From positions 181,281-245,280 of the forward strand of contig CANLVH010000004.1 of assembly GCA_947494545.1 (NCBI GenBank): 64,000 nucleotides of DNA, in the 5' to 3' direction. The DNA comes from an uncultured Mesonia sp. Its GTDB lineage: Bacteria; Bacteroidota; Bacteroidia; Flavobacteriales; Flavobacteriaceae. The position numbers and the translations under genes were made by a program. The notes under the pieces are model-generated. The model was not told the origin of the DNA. It saw only the letters and a program-made list of their open reading frames with translations, and made no database searches. This document shows, piece by piece, positions 35,248-45,927 of the stretch (positions within the stretch are counted from its first letter, which is position 1; each line of letters begins with the position of its first letter).

Positions 35248-35357
35248 AGGTTTCAAAAATAAGGATTTTAAAACGGAAATAGAAGTCTCCTAAAGTGTAT
35301 AAAGCTGAAATTATTCAGTAAAACCATAAAACTTTGTATTTTTGCAAAATGTTAGCA

Positions 35358-36275
35358 ATGCAGCAAAAACCCATTAACCAATTTCTTTTTAAAGACCAAA
35401 AAAGAGGTATTGAGCTGTGGATTAAACGAGAAGATTTGTTGCATCCGGAAGTTTCGGGAAATAAATTTAGGAAACTGAAATACAATTTGCAAGCCGCAAA
35501 AAGTCAGAAGCATACAAAAGTACTGACTTTTGGGGGAGCATTTTCCAACCATATTTTAGCTACTGCAGCAGCCGCAAACGAGCAGGGTTTAGATAGTATT
35601 GGCGTAATTCGTGGCAATGAATTAGGCGGCAAAAACCTGCAAAAAACCTTAGAAGGCAATAAAACATTGCGAGAAGCGGTAAATTTTGGAATGCACTTGC
35701 ATTTTGTAACTCGGTCAGAATACCGTAAAAAACATCAATTAGATTTTATAAACGCTTTACGCGGAATTTTTAGTGATTTTTATCTTATTCCCGAAGGTGG
35801 AACAAACGATTTAGCCATAAAAGGCTGTGAGGAAATTTTGACTGAAGAAGATAAAGATTTTGATGTAGTTAGTGTTGCGGTAGGAACCGGCGGCACGATT
35901 AGTGGCTTGATAAAATCTTCTTCCGTAAAGCAAAAAATATTAGGGTTTCCTGCTTTAAAAGGAGACTTTTTGCAAGAAGAAATTAGTAATAATGTAAAAA
36001 AAGAAAACTGGCAACTTATACTAAATTATCATTTTGGCGGTTATGCTAAAACAAACGAAGCCCTAATAGGGTTTATAAATGTATTTAAAGAAAAGTATTG
36101 TGTAACTTTGGATCCTATTTATACCGGAAAAATGATATACGGACTTTTTGATTTGATTAAAAATGATTATTTTAAAGAAAACACGCGTATTTTAGCTATT
36201 CATACCGGTGGTTTGCAAGGCATTGCCGGTATAAACAAAAATTTATGTAAAAAAGGAAAGACCTATTTATTATAA
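35358..36275 (+). CDS. ACC deaminase / D-cysteine desulfhydrase family PLP enzyme
   Basis: KREDLLHPEVSGNKFRKLKYNL, TFGGAFSNH, PEGG, LDPIYTGK, HTGGLQG; start codon uncertain (35349 or 35358). Confidence 0.88.
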   Translation: MQQKPINQFLFKDQKRGIELWIKREDLLHPEVSGNKFRKLKYNLQAAKSQKHTKVLTFGGAFSNHILATAAAANEQGLDSIGVIRGNELGGKNLQKTLEGNKTLREAVNFGMHLHFVTRSEYRKKHQLDFINALRGIFSDFYLIPEGGTNDLAIKGCEEILTEEDKDFDVVSVAVGTGGTISGLIKSSSVKQKILGFPALKGDFLQEEISNNVKKENWQLILNYHFGGYAKTNEALIGFINVFKEKYCVTLDPIYTGKMIYGLFDLIKNDYFKENTRILAIHTGGLQGIAGINKNLCKKGKTYLL

Positions 36276-37147
36276 TGAGAATAAAATTTTACTTCGTATC
36301 GTTTTTGGTAATTATATTTTTTAGTGCTTGTGGTACTAAGAAAAAAGCCGTTAGCAATAAATCAGATAAACGTAATAACACTGCCTATCATTCTCGGCAA
36401 GAAATAGAAGAAAGCATTGCTCGAGAAAAAGCAAAAAAAGAAACAGAAGACCGTACAGAAGAACCTAATTATAAAAAACCAAAAGTAAAAAAACCGGTTT
36501 TTAAAGATAATAATGAACGTTATATTTATAATTACGCGCAAATTGCCAAAGACGAAATGGCTTTGTACGGCATTCCTGCTAGTATAACGTTGGCGCAAGG
36601 CATTTTAGAATCTAGTGCTGGTCTGGGCGAACTTACCAGAAAATCTAATAATCACTTTGGTATAAAATGTAACGGTTGGGAAGGCGAAAAAGCTTACCAC
36701 GATGACGATGCTTACCAAGAATGTTTTAGAAAATACAAAGACCCAAAATATAGTTTTAGAGACCATTCTTTGTTTTTAAAAGATAGAAGGCGTTATGCTT
36801 CGCTTTTTAATCTAAAAAAAGACGATTATAAAGGCTGGGCTCGCGGTTTAAAACGCGCTGGTTATGCAACAGACCCGCGTTACCCTTCAAAGTTAATTAG
36901 TATTATAGAGCGTTACCAGCTACATCGTTTTGACGAAGAAGTTTTGGGCACCGGCAGTAGAGATGGTTTACCTACAAAAACTTTAAAAGTAGATCATACC
37001 GGTATTCGGTACACCGTAAAAAAAGGCGATACGCTTTACAGTATTGCAAAACGCCATAATTTAACAGTAGAAGAGTTAAAACAACTCAACAACTTACGCA
37101 ACGACCATTTGCAAATTGGTCAGAAATTATTTGTAAAAACCTTGTAA
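36275..37147 (+). CDS. Glucosaminidase (GH73) + LysM peptidoglycan hydrolase lipoprotein
   Basis: [32 protein letters not shown]-terminal [13 protein letters not shown]. Confidence 0.92.
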   Translation: MRIKFYFVSFLVIIFFSACGTKKKAVSNKSDKRNNTAYHSRQEIEESIAREKAKKETEDRTEEPNYKKPKVKKPVFKDNNERYIYNYAQIAKDEMALYGIPASITLAQGILESSAGLGELTRKSNNHFGIKCNGWEGEKAYHDDDAYQECFRKYKDPKYSFRDHSLFLKDRRRYASLFNLKKDDYKGWARGLKRAGYATDPRYPSKLISIIERYQLHRFDEEVLGTGSRDGLPTKTLKVDHTGIRYTVKKGDTLYSIAKRHNLTVEELKQLNNLRNDHLQIGQKLFVKTL

Positions 37148-37157
37148 TAAAATCATT

Positions 37158-38444
37158 ATGTTATACCAAAGAAGTAGTGCTTTATTTACCGAAGCAAAAA
37201 AGTATATTCCCGGCGGCGTAAATTCTCCGGTAAGAGCTTTTAAAGCTGTTGGCGGAAATCCTATTTTTATTAAAGAAGCCAAAGGCGCATACTTATATGA
37301 CGAAGACGACAGAAAATATATAGACTACATAAACTCTTGGGGGCCGTTAATTTTAGGCCACGCTTACCAGCCGGTAATAGACGCGGTTATAGAAAAAACC
37401 AAAAAAGGAACCAGTTTTGGTACACCAACAGAAATTGAAACCAAAATTGCTAAACTTGCAGTTTCTATGGTGCCGGGCATAGACCAAATTAGAATGGTAA
37501 ATAGCGGTACAGAAGCTTGTATGAGCGCAGTTAGATTGGCAAGAGGTTTTACCAAAAAAGACAAGATTATAAAATTTGCCGGTTGTTATCACGGTCATAG
37601 CGATTCGTTTTTGATACAAGCGGGGAGTGGTGCCGTAACCTTTGGAACACCAAACTCTCCCGGCGTTACCAAAGGAACTGCACAAGATACTTTGTTGGCA
37701 AAGTTTAACGATTTAGAAAGTGTAGAAGCTTTACTAGAAGCCAACAAAAATGAAGTTGCTTGTATAATTTTAGAACCCGTTGCCGGAAATATGGGCTGCA
37801 TCCCGCCGCAAAAAGACTTTTTAGAAGCTTTACGGAAAGTATGTGATAAACATAATGTTTTACTGATTTTTGATGAGGTAATGACGGGCTTCCGGTTAGC
37901 AAAAGGAGGCGCACAAGAACTTTTTGGCGTAAAGGCAGATATTGTAACTTTTGGAAAAGTAATTGGCGGCGGTTTGCCGGTTGGTGCGTTTGCAGCACGT
38001 AAGGAAATTATGGAACACTTAGCGCCAAACGGACCGGTTTACCAAGCAGGAACTTTAAGCGGGAATCCGTTAGCAATGGCGGCCGGTTTGGCAATGCTAA
38101 CTGAGTTGAACAACGACGATGGCGTTTATAAACGTTTGGAAGAAAAAACTACTTACTTAAAAGAAGGACTTCACAAAGCATTAGATAAAAACAATATTAC
38201 TTATACCATCAATCAAATTGGTTCTATGATTTCGGTGCATTTTAACGATGTTCCCGTAACCGATTTTGATTCTGCCGCCGAAGCAAACAACGAATATTTT
38301 AAAAAGTTTTTTCAAGGCTTGTTAGAAGAAGGCGTTTATATTGCCCCAAGTGCTTTTGAAACTTGGTTTATTACAGATGCTTTAACCTACGAAGATTTAG
38401 ATAAAACTATTGCTGCCGCGGAAAAAGTTACCGCTAAATGGTAA
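37158..38444 (+). CDS. hemL: Glutamate-1-semialdehyde 2,1-aminomutase
   Basis: [51 protein letters not shown]. Confidence 0.97.
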   Translation: MLYQRSSALFTEAKKYIPGGVNSPVRAFKAVGGNPIFIKEAKGAYLYDEDDRKYIDYINSWGPLILGHAYQPVIDAVIEKTKKGTSFGTPTEIETKIAKLAVSMVPGIDQIRMVNSGTEACMSAVRLARGFTKKDKIIKFAGCYHGHSDSFLIQAGSGAVTFGTPNSPGVTKGTAQDTLLAKFNDLESVEALLEANKNEVACIILEPVAGNMGCIPPQKDFLEALRKVCDKHNVLLIFDEVMTGFRLAKGGAQELFGVKADIVTFGKVIGGGLPVGAFAARKEIMEHLAPNGPVYQAGTLSGNPLAMAAGLAMLTELNNDDGVYKRLEEKTTYLKEGLHKALDKNNITYTINQIGSMISVHFNDVPVTDFDSAAEANNEYFKKFFQGLLEEGVYIAPSAFETWFITDALTYEDLDKTIAAAEKVTAKW

Positions 38445-38481
38445 AGAAGAAGTTAGATGCTCTTTTTTATAAACACTAATT

Positions 38482-38536
38482 AAAAGTAAAGTCAGAACCT
38501 ATCTTCAAGATAAAGTTCTGACTTTACTTTTTTTTT
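38482..38536. terminator. Bidirectional terminator hairpin
   Basis: AAAAGTAAAGTCAGAAC / GTTCTGACTTTACTTTT 17-bp stem. Confidence 0.85.
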
Positions 38537-38598
38537 GTGTCTTTTATTAAAATGACACTTCAAGTTTTTCACGATATTCTTAGGTTTAAAAAAGCCTC

Positions 38599-39219
38599 TC
38601 AATAACACTTACTTGCCCGCACTACAAGTTCGGGAATATCTTCGGTATCATAATCTTGCTTTTTCATTTCTTTCACTAGAGTTTGGCAATTAGAATAGTA
38701 CTTTTTAATTCGTTTTCTAAAATACCTAAAGCTTCTAGCAAATTTTAGTAGAGGCAAAGCTTTTTCGAAACTTTTATCATAAATATAATATTCATCTGCC
38801 GCTTCTCTGCCCATAGTAATTGTGGGGGCAACACCGCTAGTACCCATAGTTGCCGGTGCACCAATGATATGTCTGCTGTAGAGGGCAGGATAAATATCTT
38901 CATTTACCACCCGAAATACTTTAAGTTTGTTTTTCCTTATGGGAATAAATTTATACACACTCTGAATGCTATCGTGTTGCAAAATAATCTTTTCAATAGC
39001 TTCTTCGTCTTTAAATTTTTCTTTATCAGCAGCTTCATTGGCTTTAAATTGCGTGTTAAAGCCATAACCAACAAGATGTTTTGCAGAGACAGGAATCCGG
39101 ACCAAGCCTTCTTTTACTTCTCCGTTTTTAAAGAAAATTTGGCCTTCATAAAACTTCCAATCTTGCGAAAAAGTTAGTAATGGTAGTAAAAGCGATAATA
39201 ATAGAGTAATTTTTTTCAT
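38599..39219 (-). CDS. Hypothetical secreted protein
   Basis: 206-aa ORF with an N-terminal signal-peptide-like segment. Confidence 0.7.
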   Translation of the reverse strand: MKKITLLLSLLLPLLTFSQDWKFYEGQIFFKNGEVKEGLVRIPVSAKHLVGYGFNTQFKANEAADKEKFKDEEAIEKIILQHDSIQSVYKFIPIRKNKLKVFRVVNEDIYPALYSRHIIGAPATMGTSGVAPTITMGREAADEYYIYDKSFEKALPLLKFARSFRYFRKRIKKYYSNCQTLVKEMKKQDYDTEDIPELVVRASKCY

Positions 39220-39291
39220 AATTTGGTTAGTTGGTTGTGGTAAAAATAAAGTCCTATATCTTGTTTTGATGTTTTTAATTAATTCTAAAAT

Positions 39292-40812
39292 CTAAATCTC
39301 CCCATTCAACTCCAACAACTCTTCTACATATTCGCGTTTGTTGGAAAGACGCGGTATTTTATGTTGTCCGCCCAATTTATTTTGTTTTTTAGACCAATTA
39401 TAAAAAAGTTTTGGTTTGGCTTGGTGCAGTTTCAACTGGTTTAAAGTGGTGTTGTTATAACGTTTGGCTTCATAGTCGCTGTTAATGCTTTGCAGAGTTT
39501 TATCGAGGCTCGTAGCAAAGGCATCTAAATTTTCCGGCGCTTTTTTAAACTCTATAATCCATTCGTGCGCACCTTTTTCTTCACCTTCCATAAATATTGG
39601 TCCGGCAGTATAATCTACAATTTCGCATTGGTGCATTTTGGAAGCTTTTCTGAGTGCTTCTTCGGCATTTTCTATTATCAATTCTTCGCCAAAAACATTT
39701 ATATGGTGTTTGGTTCTGCCGGTTACTTTTATCCGGTAAGGAGAAAGCGAGGTAAACCTAATGGTGTCGCCAATTTTATAACGCCATAAACCGGCATTTG
39801 TCGTGATGATTACGGCATAATTTACACCCGTTTCTACTTCGTTAAGCGGAATGGTTTTTTCGTTTTTTGCACCATACGTATCCATTGGTATAAACTCATA
39901 AAAAATACCATAATCTAACATCAGCAATAATTCTTTACTGTTATTTTGGTCTTGTACGGCAAAAAAACCTTCCGAAGCGTTATAGGTTTCATAATACCTA
40001 AAATCTTCTTTTGGTATTATTTTACCGTACTGCTCGGCATAAGGCTCAAAACTTACACCACCATGAAAATATACTTCCAAATCCGGCCAAACTTCCAATA
40101 AATTGCTTTTGTGCGTGGTTTCTAAAACTTGGTTTAGTAAGACCAGCATCCAAGACGGTACGCCGGCAATACTGGTAACTTTTTCCCGTATGGTTTGGTT
40201 TACAACGGCTTGCATCTTTTTTTCAAAATCGCTCATCAAAGAGATTTCATTGTTTGGCGTACTGCTGTAAGTTGCCCAAAATGGCATATTGTCTATCAAA
40301 ATGGCAGAAAGGTCGCCAAAAACAGTTCCGTTTTCGCGGTATAATTCTTTACTTCCGCCTAAGCGTAAACTTTTGCCGGTAAATAATTGTGCATTTTCGT
40401 TATTGTTGAGGTAAAGACATAACAAGTCTTTGCTTGCTGCATAATGGCAATTTTCTAAAGATTCCGGGCTAACCGGTATAAATTTACTTTTGGCGTTGGT
40501 TGTACCGCTAGATTTGGCAAACCATTTTATGGGCGTTGGCCAGAAAATATTATTTTCGCCACGACGGCTGCGTTCTATCAGCGGTTCAAATTCTTCATAG
40601 GTTTGAATGGGAACTTGCGCTTTAAAGTCTTCATAAGATTTTATGGAAGAGAAGCCGTATTTTTTGCCAATTTCTGTGTTTTTAGCCTTATAAATTAGGT
40701 GTTGTAAAAGTTCAAATTGTACTTCTTGTGGGTATTTTATAAACAATTCCATTTGATGGATTCGCTTTTTCAAAAACCACGATGCAATAGAATTTACTAT
40801 AGGAATTGGCAT
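39292..40812 (-). CDS. GH3 family acyl-adenylate/amido ligase-like protein
   Basis: FAKSSGTTNAKSKFIP, YNASEGFF, GLWRYKIGDT. Confidence 0.92.
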   Translation of the reverse strand: MPIPIVNSIASWFLKKRIHQMELFIKYPQEVQFELLQHLIYKAKNTEIGKKYGFSSIKSYEDFKAQVPIQTYEEFEPLIERSRRGENNIFWPTPIKWFAKSSGTTNAKSKFIPVSPESLENCHYAASKDLLCLYLNNNENAQLFTGKSLRLGGSKELYRENGTVFGDLSAILIDNMPFWATYSSTPNNEISLMSDFEKKMQAVVNQTIREKVTSIAGVPSWMLVLLNQVLETTHKSNLLEVWPDLEVYFHGGVSFEPYAEQYGKIIPKEDFRYYETYNASEGFFAVQDQNNSKELLLMLDYGIFYEFIPMDTYGAKNEKTIPLNEVETGVNYAVIITTNAGLWRYKIGDTIRFTSLSPYRIKVTGRTKHHINVFGEELIIENAEEALRKASKMHQCEIVDYTAGPIFMEGEEKGAHEWIIEFKKAPENLDAFATSLDKTLQSINSDYEAKRYNNTTLNQLKLHQAKPKLFYNWSKKQNKLGGQHKIPRLSNKREYVEELLELNGEI

Positions 40813-40906
40813 TTATTAACGTATATTTAAACCGAATTAGATAATCATAAAAGTAAGATTATTTTAATCGCCTAGAAAAAACTTTGTACAAAAAAATTAT
40901 AAAAAT

Positions 40907-41701
40907 ATGCAATTAGAAGGTGTTTTGAGGAAAATGAAAACCGAGTATAACCCAACGGTAGACTATTTTTTACTCTTTGAAAACGATTTTTTACACCTTA
41001 ATCAAATCTTAAACAAAAAGATAAGTATTCATTTTAAAAGGTTTGAATGTCTTAATTGTAAAAAAGATAAAAAAATTTTTAGACAAGGTTTTTGTTATGA
41101 TTGCTTTTATGAAATTCCGCAAGCGGGAGATTGGATTATGAAACCCGAATTGAGCACCGCGCATTTAGATAAAGAAGACCGCGATTTAGATTACGAAAAA
41201 AAGGTGCAATTGCAACCGCATATTGTTTATTTGGCCAATTCTTCTAACGTAAAAGTTGGCGTTACTAGAAAAACGCAAATTCCTACCCGATGGATAGATC
41301 AAGGCGCGCACGAAGCTTTAGAAATCTTAGAAGTTCCTAATCGGTACCTTGCGGGAATTGCTGAAGTTGCTTTAAAAAACCACGTGGCAGATAAAACCAA
41401 TTGGCGAACAATGTTAAAAAATGAAATTGAAGATGCCGATTTAGAAAAACTTCGCGATAGTCTAGAAGAGTTTTTACCCAAGGAAACTTTGCCATACTTA
41501 CTAAAAAACAACAGAGAAAAACATATTAATTTCCCTGTATTGCAATATCCTAAAAAGCTAAAAAGTTTAAATCTTTTAAAGAAAATGGATTATTCCGGAA
41601 CTTTAAAAGGAGTAAAAGGACAATATTTAATTTTTGAAGACGATACGGTTTTTAATGTGCGCAATAACGAAGGCTTGGTGGTAAGTATAGATTTTAATTA
41701 A
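40907..41701 (+). CDS. DUF2797 domain protein
   Basis: CLNC...QGFCYDC, PHIVYLA, KVGVTR, RWIDQGA, G.L.GVKGQYLIF. Confidence 0.85.
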   Translation: MQLEGVLRKMKTEYNPTVDYFLLFENDFLHLNQILNKKISIHFKRFECLNCKKDKKIFRQGFCYDCFYEIPQAGDWIMKPELSTAHLDKEDRDLDYEKKVQLQPHIVYLANSSNVKVGVTRKTQIPTRWIDQGAHEALEILEVPNRYLAGIAEVALKNHVADKTNWRTMLKNEIEDADLEKLRDSLEEFLPKETLPYLLKNNREKHINFPVLQYPKKLKSLNLLKKMDYSGTLKGVKGQYLIFEDDTVFNVRNNEGLVVSIDFN

Positions 41702-42774
41702 TCTATCAATTTTTTCTTGATATACTTCGAGTTCATTACGCGTAAAGCGCCCATATATGTCATTTTAAAACTCACAACGTCGCCAACTTTATAGGTTTTG
41801 GTAGATTTGCTAAGGTCTAATACCAACATATCTGAACTGGCACCAATAAAGCTTAAATTATCTTCACTGGCCTTTAAAAAATCTACTTTAGAAATATCTA
41901 ACAAGCCAATATCTAAAATAGCGCGTCGTTGGGTGCTACCATAGTCATCTTCGTTTATTTGCGTTCTTTCCCCAGAAGGGTTTGCCTCTATATAACCGTG
42001 CGGAACAGCAGGTTTTTCGGTAATTTCTATGATTTCTGAATGTAACATAAACACATCATCTTTCATCTCCGGAATGGTTTCGTTAGCAAACAAATCTGTG
42101 CCTAAAAAAAGTGTTTCGCCAATTCTAAAATGGTTTACTCCTTTAGGAATTAATCCTTTTAATAATAATGGCACCATAACCGATGAGCCGCCACTAACGC
42201 CTTTTATTTTTTTACCAAATTTGGCTTCTATCAACTGTTCGTATAAACTTAGCTGAATTAATTTGTCTTTACTAGGCATCACGCCGTTAAGGCAATTTAA
42301 ATTAGAGCCAATGCCTGCAACTTCTATGTTGGGCAATTCAAAAACGCGTTTATAAAAATCTATCAGGGAATCACCCATAATACCTTCGCGCAAATCTCCC
42401 AACTCAATCATAATAATTATACGGTGCGTTTTATTTTGTCGCTGGGCTTCTTCAGACAGCCATTGTATCGTAATAAACTCTGTATTAAAACTTACATCTG
42501 CATATTTAACCACCTTTTCTATGCTGTTTTTTGCGGGCGGTTTTATGTAAATAGTTTCTTTCTCGGGGTTTAATGCTTTTATGATTTTCAGGTTGCTCAA
42601 ACGGGCATCGCAAACTTGTTCATCTCCTAAAGACAGGATAAAATCTAAAAATATTTCGTTTCCGCAAAGCATTTTTAAAACCGGTGCCCAGTCTATATCG
42701 TTTTCACGGAATAGTTTTTGCAAAAAACGATAATTGTGCGTTAAAGAAGATTTACTAAGGGTGACGTAGGCCAT
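41698..42774 (-). CDS. Alanine/ornithine racemase family PLP enzyme
   Basis: PVLKMLCG (PLP Lys), IELGDLREG, SGGSS, RIGETLFLG, GASSDMLVLD. Confidence 0.85.
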   Translation of the reverse strand: MAYVTLSKSSLTHNYRFLQKLFRENDIDWAPVLKMLCGNEIFLDFILSLGDEQVCDARLSNLKIIKALNPEKETIYIKPPAKNSIEKVVKYADVSFNTEFITIQWLSEEAQRQNKTHRIIIMIELGDLREGIMGDSLIDFYKRVFELPNIEVAGIGSNLNCLNGVMPSKDKLIQLSLYEQLIEAKFGKKIKGVSGGSSVMVPLLLKGLIPKGVNHFRIGETLFLGTDLFANETIPEMKDDVFMLHSEIIEITEKPAVPHGYIEANPSGERTQINEDDYGSTQRRAILDIGLLDISKVDFLKASEDNLSFIGASSDMLVLDLSKSTKTYKVGDVVSFKMTYMGALRVMNSKYIKKKLID

Positions 42775-42779
42775 GCAAG

Positions 42780-44183
42780 TTATTTTTTCACGATTAAATA
42801 TACGATAATTCCGCTTATTATACCAATTAAAATAGGATCGAAACCGTAGGGAATTTTAATTTCTAAAAATGAAAGAAGTAGCGTAGTGCTACCGCCAATT
42901 AACATAGAGAGCAAAGCGGCCAATGGTTTTTTCTTTTTACCAAATAACATTCCGAGTACCGGAATAAGCAAACCGGAAACCATAAACGAATAGGAGAGAA
43001 GCATCAAATCTAAAACGCTGGTCATATAACTGGCAATTAAAACTGCCACAAAGCCAACAGTAAAGGTAATAATTTGCGAAATGCGCATAGCATTCGGGTT
43101 GTTTTCTTTTAAGCCCAAAATATCTGTAGTAAAATTACCCGAAGCTGCCAAAAGACAACTATCTGCCGTAGACATTATTGCCGAAAAATAAGCAGAAAGC
43201 ATTAAGCCCATTAAGCCAACCGGCAAAATGGTTTTTAAAAGCATTGGTAAGCCAATTTCAGGATCCATTTGTGCAGCATTGGCAAAACCTTCTGCGGCAA
43301 ATAAACCTTGTTCTGCACCAACACGGGCAAAAAGTCCTAAAATTATTCCCATAAATGCCATGATAGGATATTCAAACAAGCCGGCAATATACCAGGCTTT
43401 TTTAGCAGTTTTTTCGTCACGGCAAGAGTAAATTCGCTGGTAAAGCGTCATTCCTACAAACCAAATAGGCACAATTGTAATAAACCAGTTTAAGAATTGC
43501 ACCCACGATAAATTGGTCAGACTAAAAAGTTTGTCGGGAAGCGTATCTGTTATAGTTTGGTAGCCGCCCAAATAATTATAAGCAAACGGAATGCCTATAA
43601 AAATAAGACCAACCATTAAAATAGACCACTGAAAAGTATCGGTATAAATTACTGCTTTTATACCGCCAAAAACCGTATAAATTATGGCGACAGCGCCCAT
43701 AATATAAAGCGCGTTTTCTAGACCCAACTCGGGAAATGTGCCAACCGCCAATTTTGCTCCGGCCAATAATTGCGAAGAGGTAAATCCAAGATAACCAATA
43801 AAAGAGATTAAACCGGCTGTTAGGGCTACCGCTTTGCCGTAATGATTTTTTAATAGTTGCGGAAAGGTTAAGAAGTTAAGCTCGCGGGCTTTATGAATTA
43901 CTTTTGGAATTAAAAAAACAGCGCTCAACCAGGCGCCAATCAAACCGGTAAAAAGCATCCAAGAACCGGAAAGTCCCATTACAAAACCCAAACCTCCTAA
44001 GCCAATGCTAAAACCGCCGCCAACATCTGTGGCTACTACAGAAAGACCAACGTGAAAGCTGCTCATATCTCTACCGCCCACATAATAATCGTTGGTGCTT
44101 TTATTTTTTCTATAGTAATAAAAGCCTATTCCTAAAACAATTATCAGGTAGACAATAAAGACAATAATATCTATTAACGGCAT
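42780..44183 (-). CDS. Sodium:solute symporter (SSS) family
   Basis: DYYVGGR, YTVFGGIKAVIYTD, SAIMSTADS; about 13 TM. Confidence 0.92.
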   Translation of the reverse strand: MPLIDIIVFIVYLIIVLGIGFYYYRKNKSTNDYYVGGRDMSSFHVGLSVVATDVGGGFSIGLGGLGFVMGLSGSWMLFTGLIGAWLSAVFLIPKVIHKARELNFLTFPQLLKNHYGKAVALTAGLISFIGYLGFTSSQLLAGAKLAVGTFPELGLENALYIMGAVAIIYTVFGGIKAVIYTDTFQWSILMVGLIFIGIPFAYNYLGGYQTITDTLPDKLFSLTNLSWVQFLNWFITIVPIWFVGMTLYQRIYSCRDEKTAKKAWYIAGLFEYPIMAFMGIILGLFARVGAEQGLFAAEGFANAAQMDPEIGLPMLLKTILPVGLMGLMLSAYFSAIMSTADSCLLAASGNFTTDILGLKENNPNAMRISQIITFTVGFVAVLIASYMTSVLDLMLLSYSFMVSGLLIPVLGMLFGKKKKPLAALLSMLIGGSTTLLLSFLEIKIPYGFDPILIGIISGIIVYLIVKK

Positions 44184-44186
44184 AGA

Positions 44187-44630
44187 TTATTTTTTATACC
44201 GCATCTCTAGGTATTTATTGGTAAAGCCGAGTTTTTCGTAAAGGTGTTTGGCAGGATTATTTGGTTCTACGTGTAGCGCAATATCGCCTTTGCACGTAGC
44301 AATGGCTTTTTCCATAAGCTGTTTACCTATACCTTTTCCGCGGGTTTTGTGGTGTACAGCAATATAAACCAGAATGTTTTCGGGGATATAATCAGACATT
44401 CCGGTTTGATTGATTATTGTAATTCCTAAAGTTTCTTCTTGGTCTTTGATAAGTAATGCAAAGCCCGAAAAGTTATTTTCAGAATCCCCAATAGCATAAT
44501 TTAAGCATTTTAAAATATCGTTTTTTGCATCGCCATAATCGCCCAAATGTGTATAAAGAAAGTCTACAATATGATTTTTCTCTGACTCAGAGGGTTTATG
44601 CTGTGCATCAAATATTTTAAAAGTGTACAT
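44187..44630 (-). CDS. GNAT family N-acetyltransferase
   Basis: YIAVH...RGKGIGKQLM motif A, N..A..LYEKLGF. Confidence 0.9.
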   Translation of the reverse strand: MYTFKIFDAQHKPSESEKNHIVDFLYTHLGDYGDAKNDILKCLNYAIGDSENNFSGFALLIKDQEETLGITIINQTGMSDYIPENILVYIAVHHKTRGKGIGKQLMEKAIATCKGDIALHVEPNNPAKHLYEKLGFTNKYLEMRYKK

Positions 44631-44645
44631 AGAGCAAGTAGATTT

Positions 44646-44840
44646 CTAAAATTCTTCTTGGTCTCTTAAAGATTGTATGTAAGCTGCTTTTTGTCTTTGC
44701 TTTCTGTTTTCAACAGATTTTTTTGTGTAGTATTGGTTGTCTCTAAGGTTCTGTAACACCTTAGTATCTCTAAACTTACGCTTTAAACGTTTTAATGCGC
44801 GTTCAATTTTTTCTCCGTCTTTTACTTTTACTATTAGCAT
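44646..44840 (-). CDS. rpsU: 30S ribosomal protein S21 (possibly a paralog)
   Basis: VKDGEKIERALKRLKRKF...YTKKSV..R. Confidence 0.85.
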   Translation of the reverse strand: MLIVKVKDGEKIERALKRLKRKFRDTKVLQNLRDNQYYTKKSVENRKQRQKAAYIQSLRDQEEF

Positions 44841-44958
44841 ATATTAATTTTAACTTAAATGATTTATTCTAACAATTATTATTTTTTCTCGTAAAATGTG
44901 CCGCAAGGTACAAATAATCATGTTTAAATGCTTGAAAATTAATACCTATTAGCATTTT

Positions 44959-45822
44959 TTAGCCTAAAAACTTTTTTAATAACTTGTTTTTAGAAGAATG
45001 CCGAAGTTTTTTAATGCCTTTTTCTCGTATTTGACGTACTCTTTCTCTAGTTAAACCAAAGGTTTCGCCAATTTCTTCTAAAGTCATTGCCCGGTGATCT
45101 CCAATTCCGTAAAACAATTTAATAACATCTGCTTCGCGTTGGGTTAGGGTTTCTAGGGCACGATTTATTTCTATATTTAAAGAATCGCGTATTAAACCTT
45201 CGTCCGGGTTGGGAGATTCTCCCACATTAAGAACATCGTACAAATTGGAGGTTTCGCCGTCTTTTAATGGCGCATCCATAGATAAATGTCTGCCCGAGTT
45301 TTTTAAAGATTGCTTAACGTCTGCAATTGTCATATCTAGCTCGTTTGCAAGCTCCTCTGGAGTTGGTGGCCGCTGATTGGCTTGTTCTAAATGGGCAAAG
45401 GCTTTGTTTATTTTATTGATAGAGCCAATTTTGTTAAGCGGCAAGCGTACCACGCGAGATTGTTCTGCTAAGGCTTGTAAAATAGATTGTCTAATCCACC
45501 ATACGGCATACGAGATAAATTTAAAACCGCGGGTTTCGTCAAAACGTTTGGCGGCTTTTACCAAACCAACATTTCCTTCATTAATTAAATCTGGAAGTTT
45601 TAGACCTTGATTTTGGTATTGTTTGGCTACCGAAACTACAAAACGTAAGTTGGCAGTAGTAAGTTTTTCTAATGCAACTTGGTCTCCTTCTCTAATGCGC
45701 TGTGCCAGCTCTACTTCTTCTTCTGCGGTAATTAAATCTACCTTACTTATATCATGCAAGTATTTATCTAACGAAACAGATTCTCTATTGGTAACCTGTT
45801 TAGTAATTTTAAGCTGTCTCAT
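44959..45822 (-). CDS. Bacteroidota RpoD/SigA-type sigma70 factor
   Basis: [58 protein letters not shown]. Confidence 0.93.
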   Translation of the reverse strand: MRQLKITKQVTNRESVSLDKYLHDISKVDLITAEEEVELAQRIREGDQVALEKLTTANLRFVVSVAKQYQNQGLKLPDLINEGNVGLVKAAKRFDETRGFKFISYAVWWIRQSILQALAEQSRVVRLPLNKIGSINKINKAFAHLEQANQRPPTPEELANELDMTIADVKQSLKNSGRHLSMDAPLKDGETSNLYDVLNVGESPNPDEGLIRDSLNIEINRALETLTQREADVIKLFYGIGDHRAMTLEEIGETFGLTRERVRQIREKGIKKLRHSSKNKLLKKFLG

Positions 45823-45927
45823 GCGCCGGGTGTTTTACTGTGACCTTTTCTTATTAAATTCTTAGGCAAGAGGTCTTTTTTTAAAAATGCCTAGATTTTT
45901 GCAATTTAGTATTTTATGAACGGCAAA

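Noticed and set aside
35358-40812. 'Plant-interaction' island (ACC deaminase-like plus GH3 auxin-responsive-like genes)
   Set aside because: Both families are common in Flavobacteriaceae in housekeeping context (hemL, GH73); names come from plant homologs, and substrates cannot be inferred from sequence.
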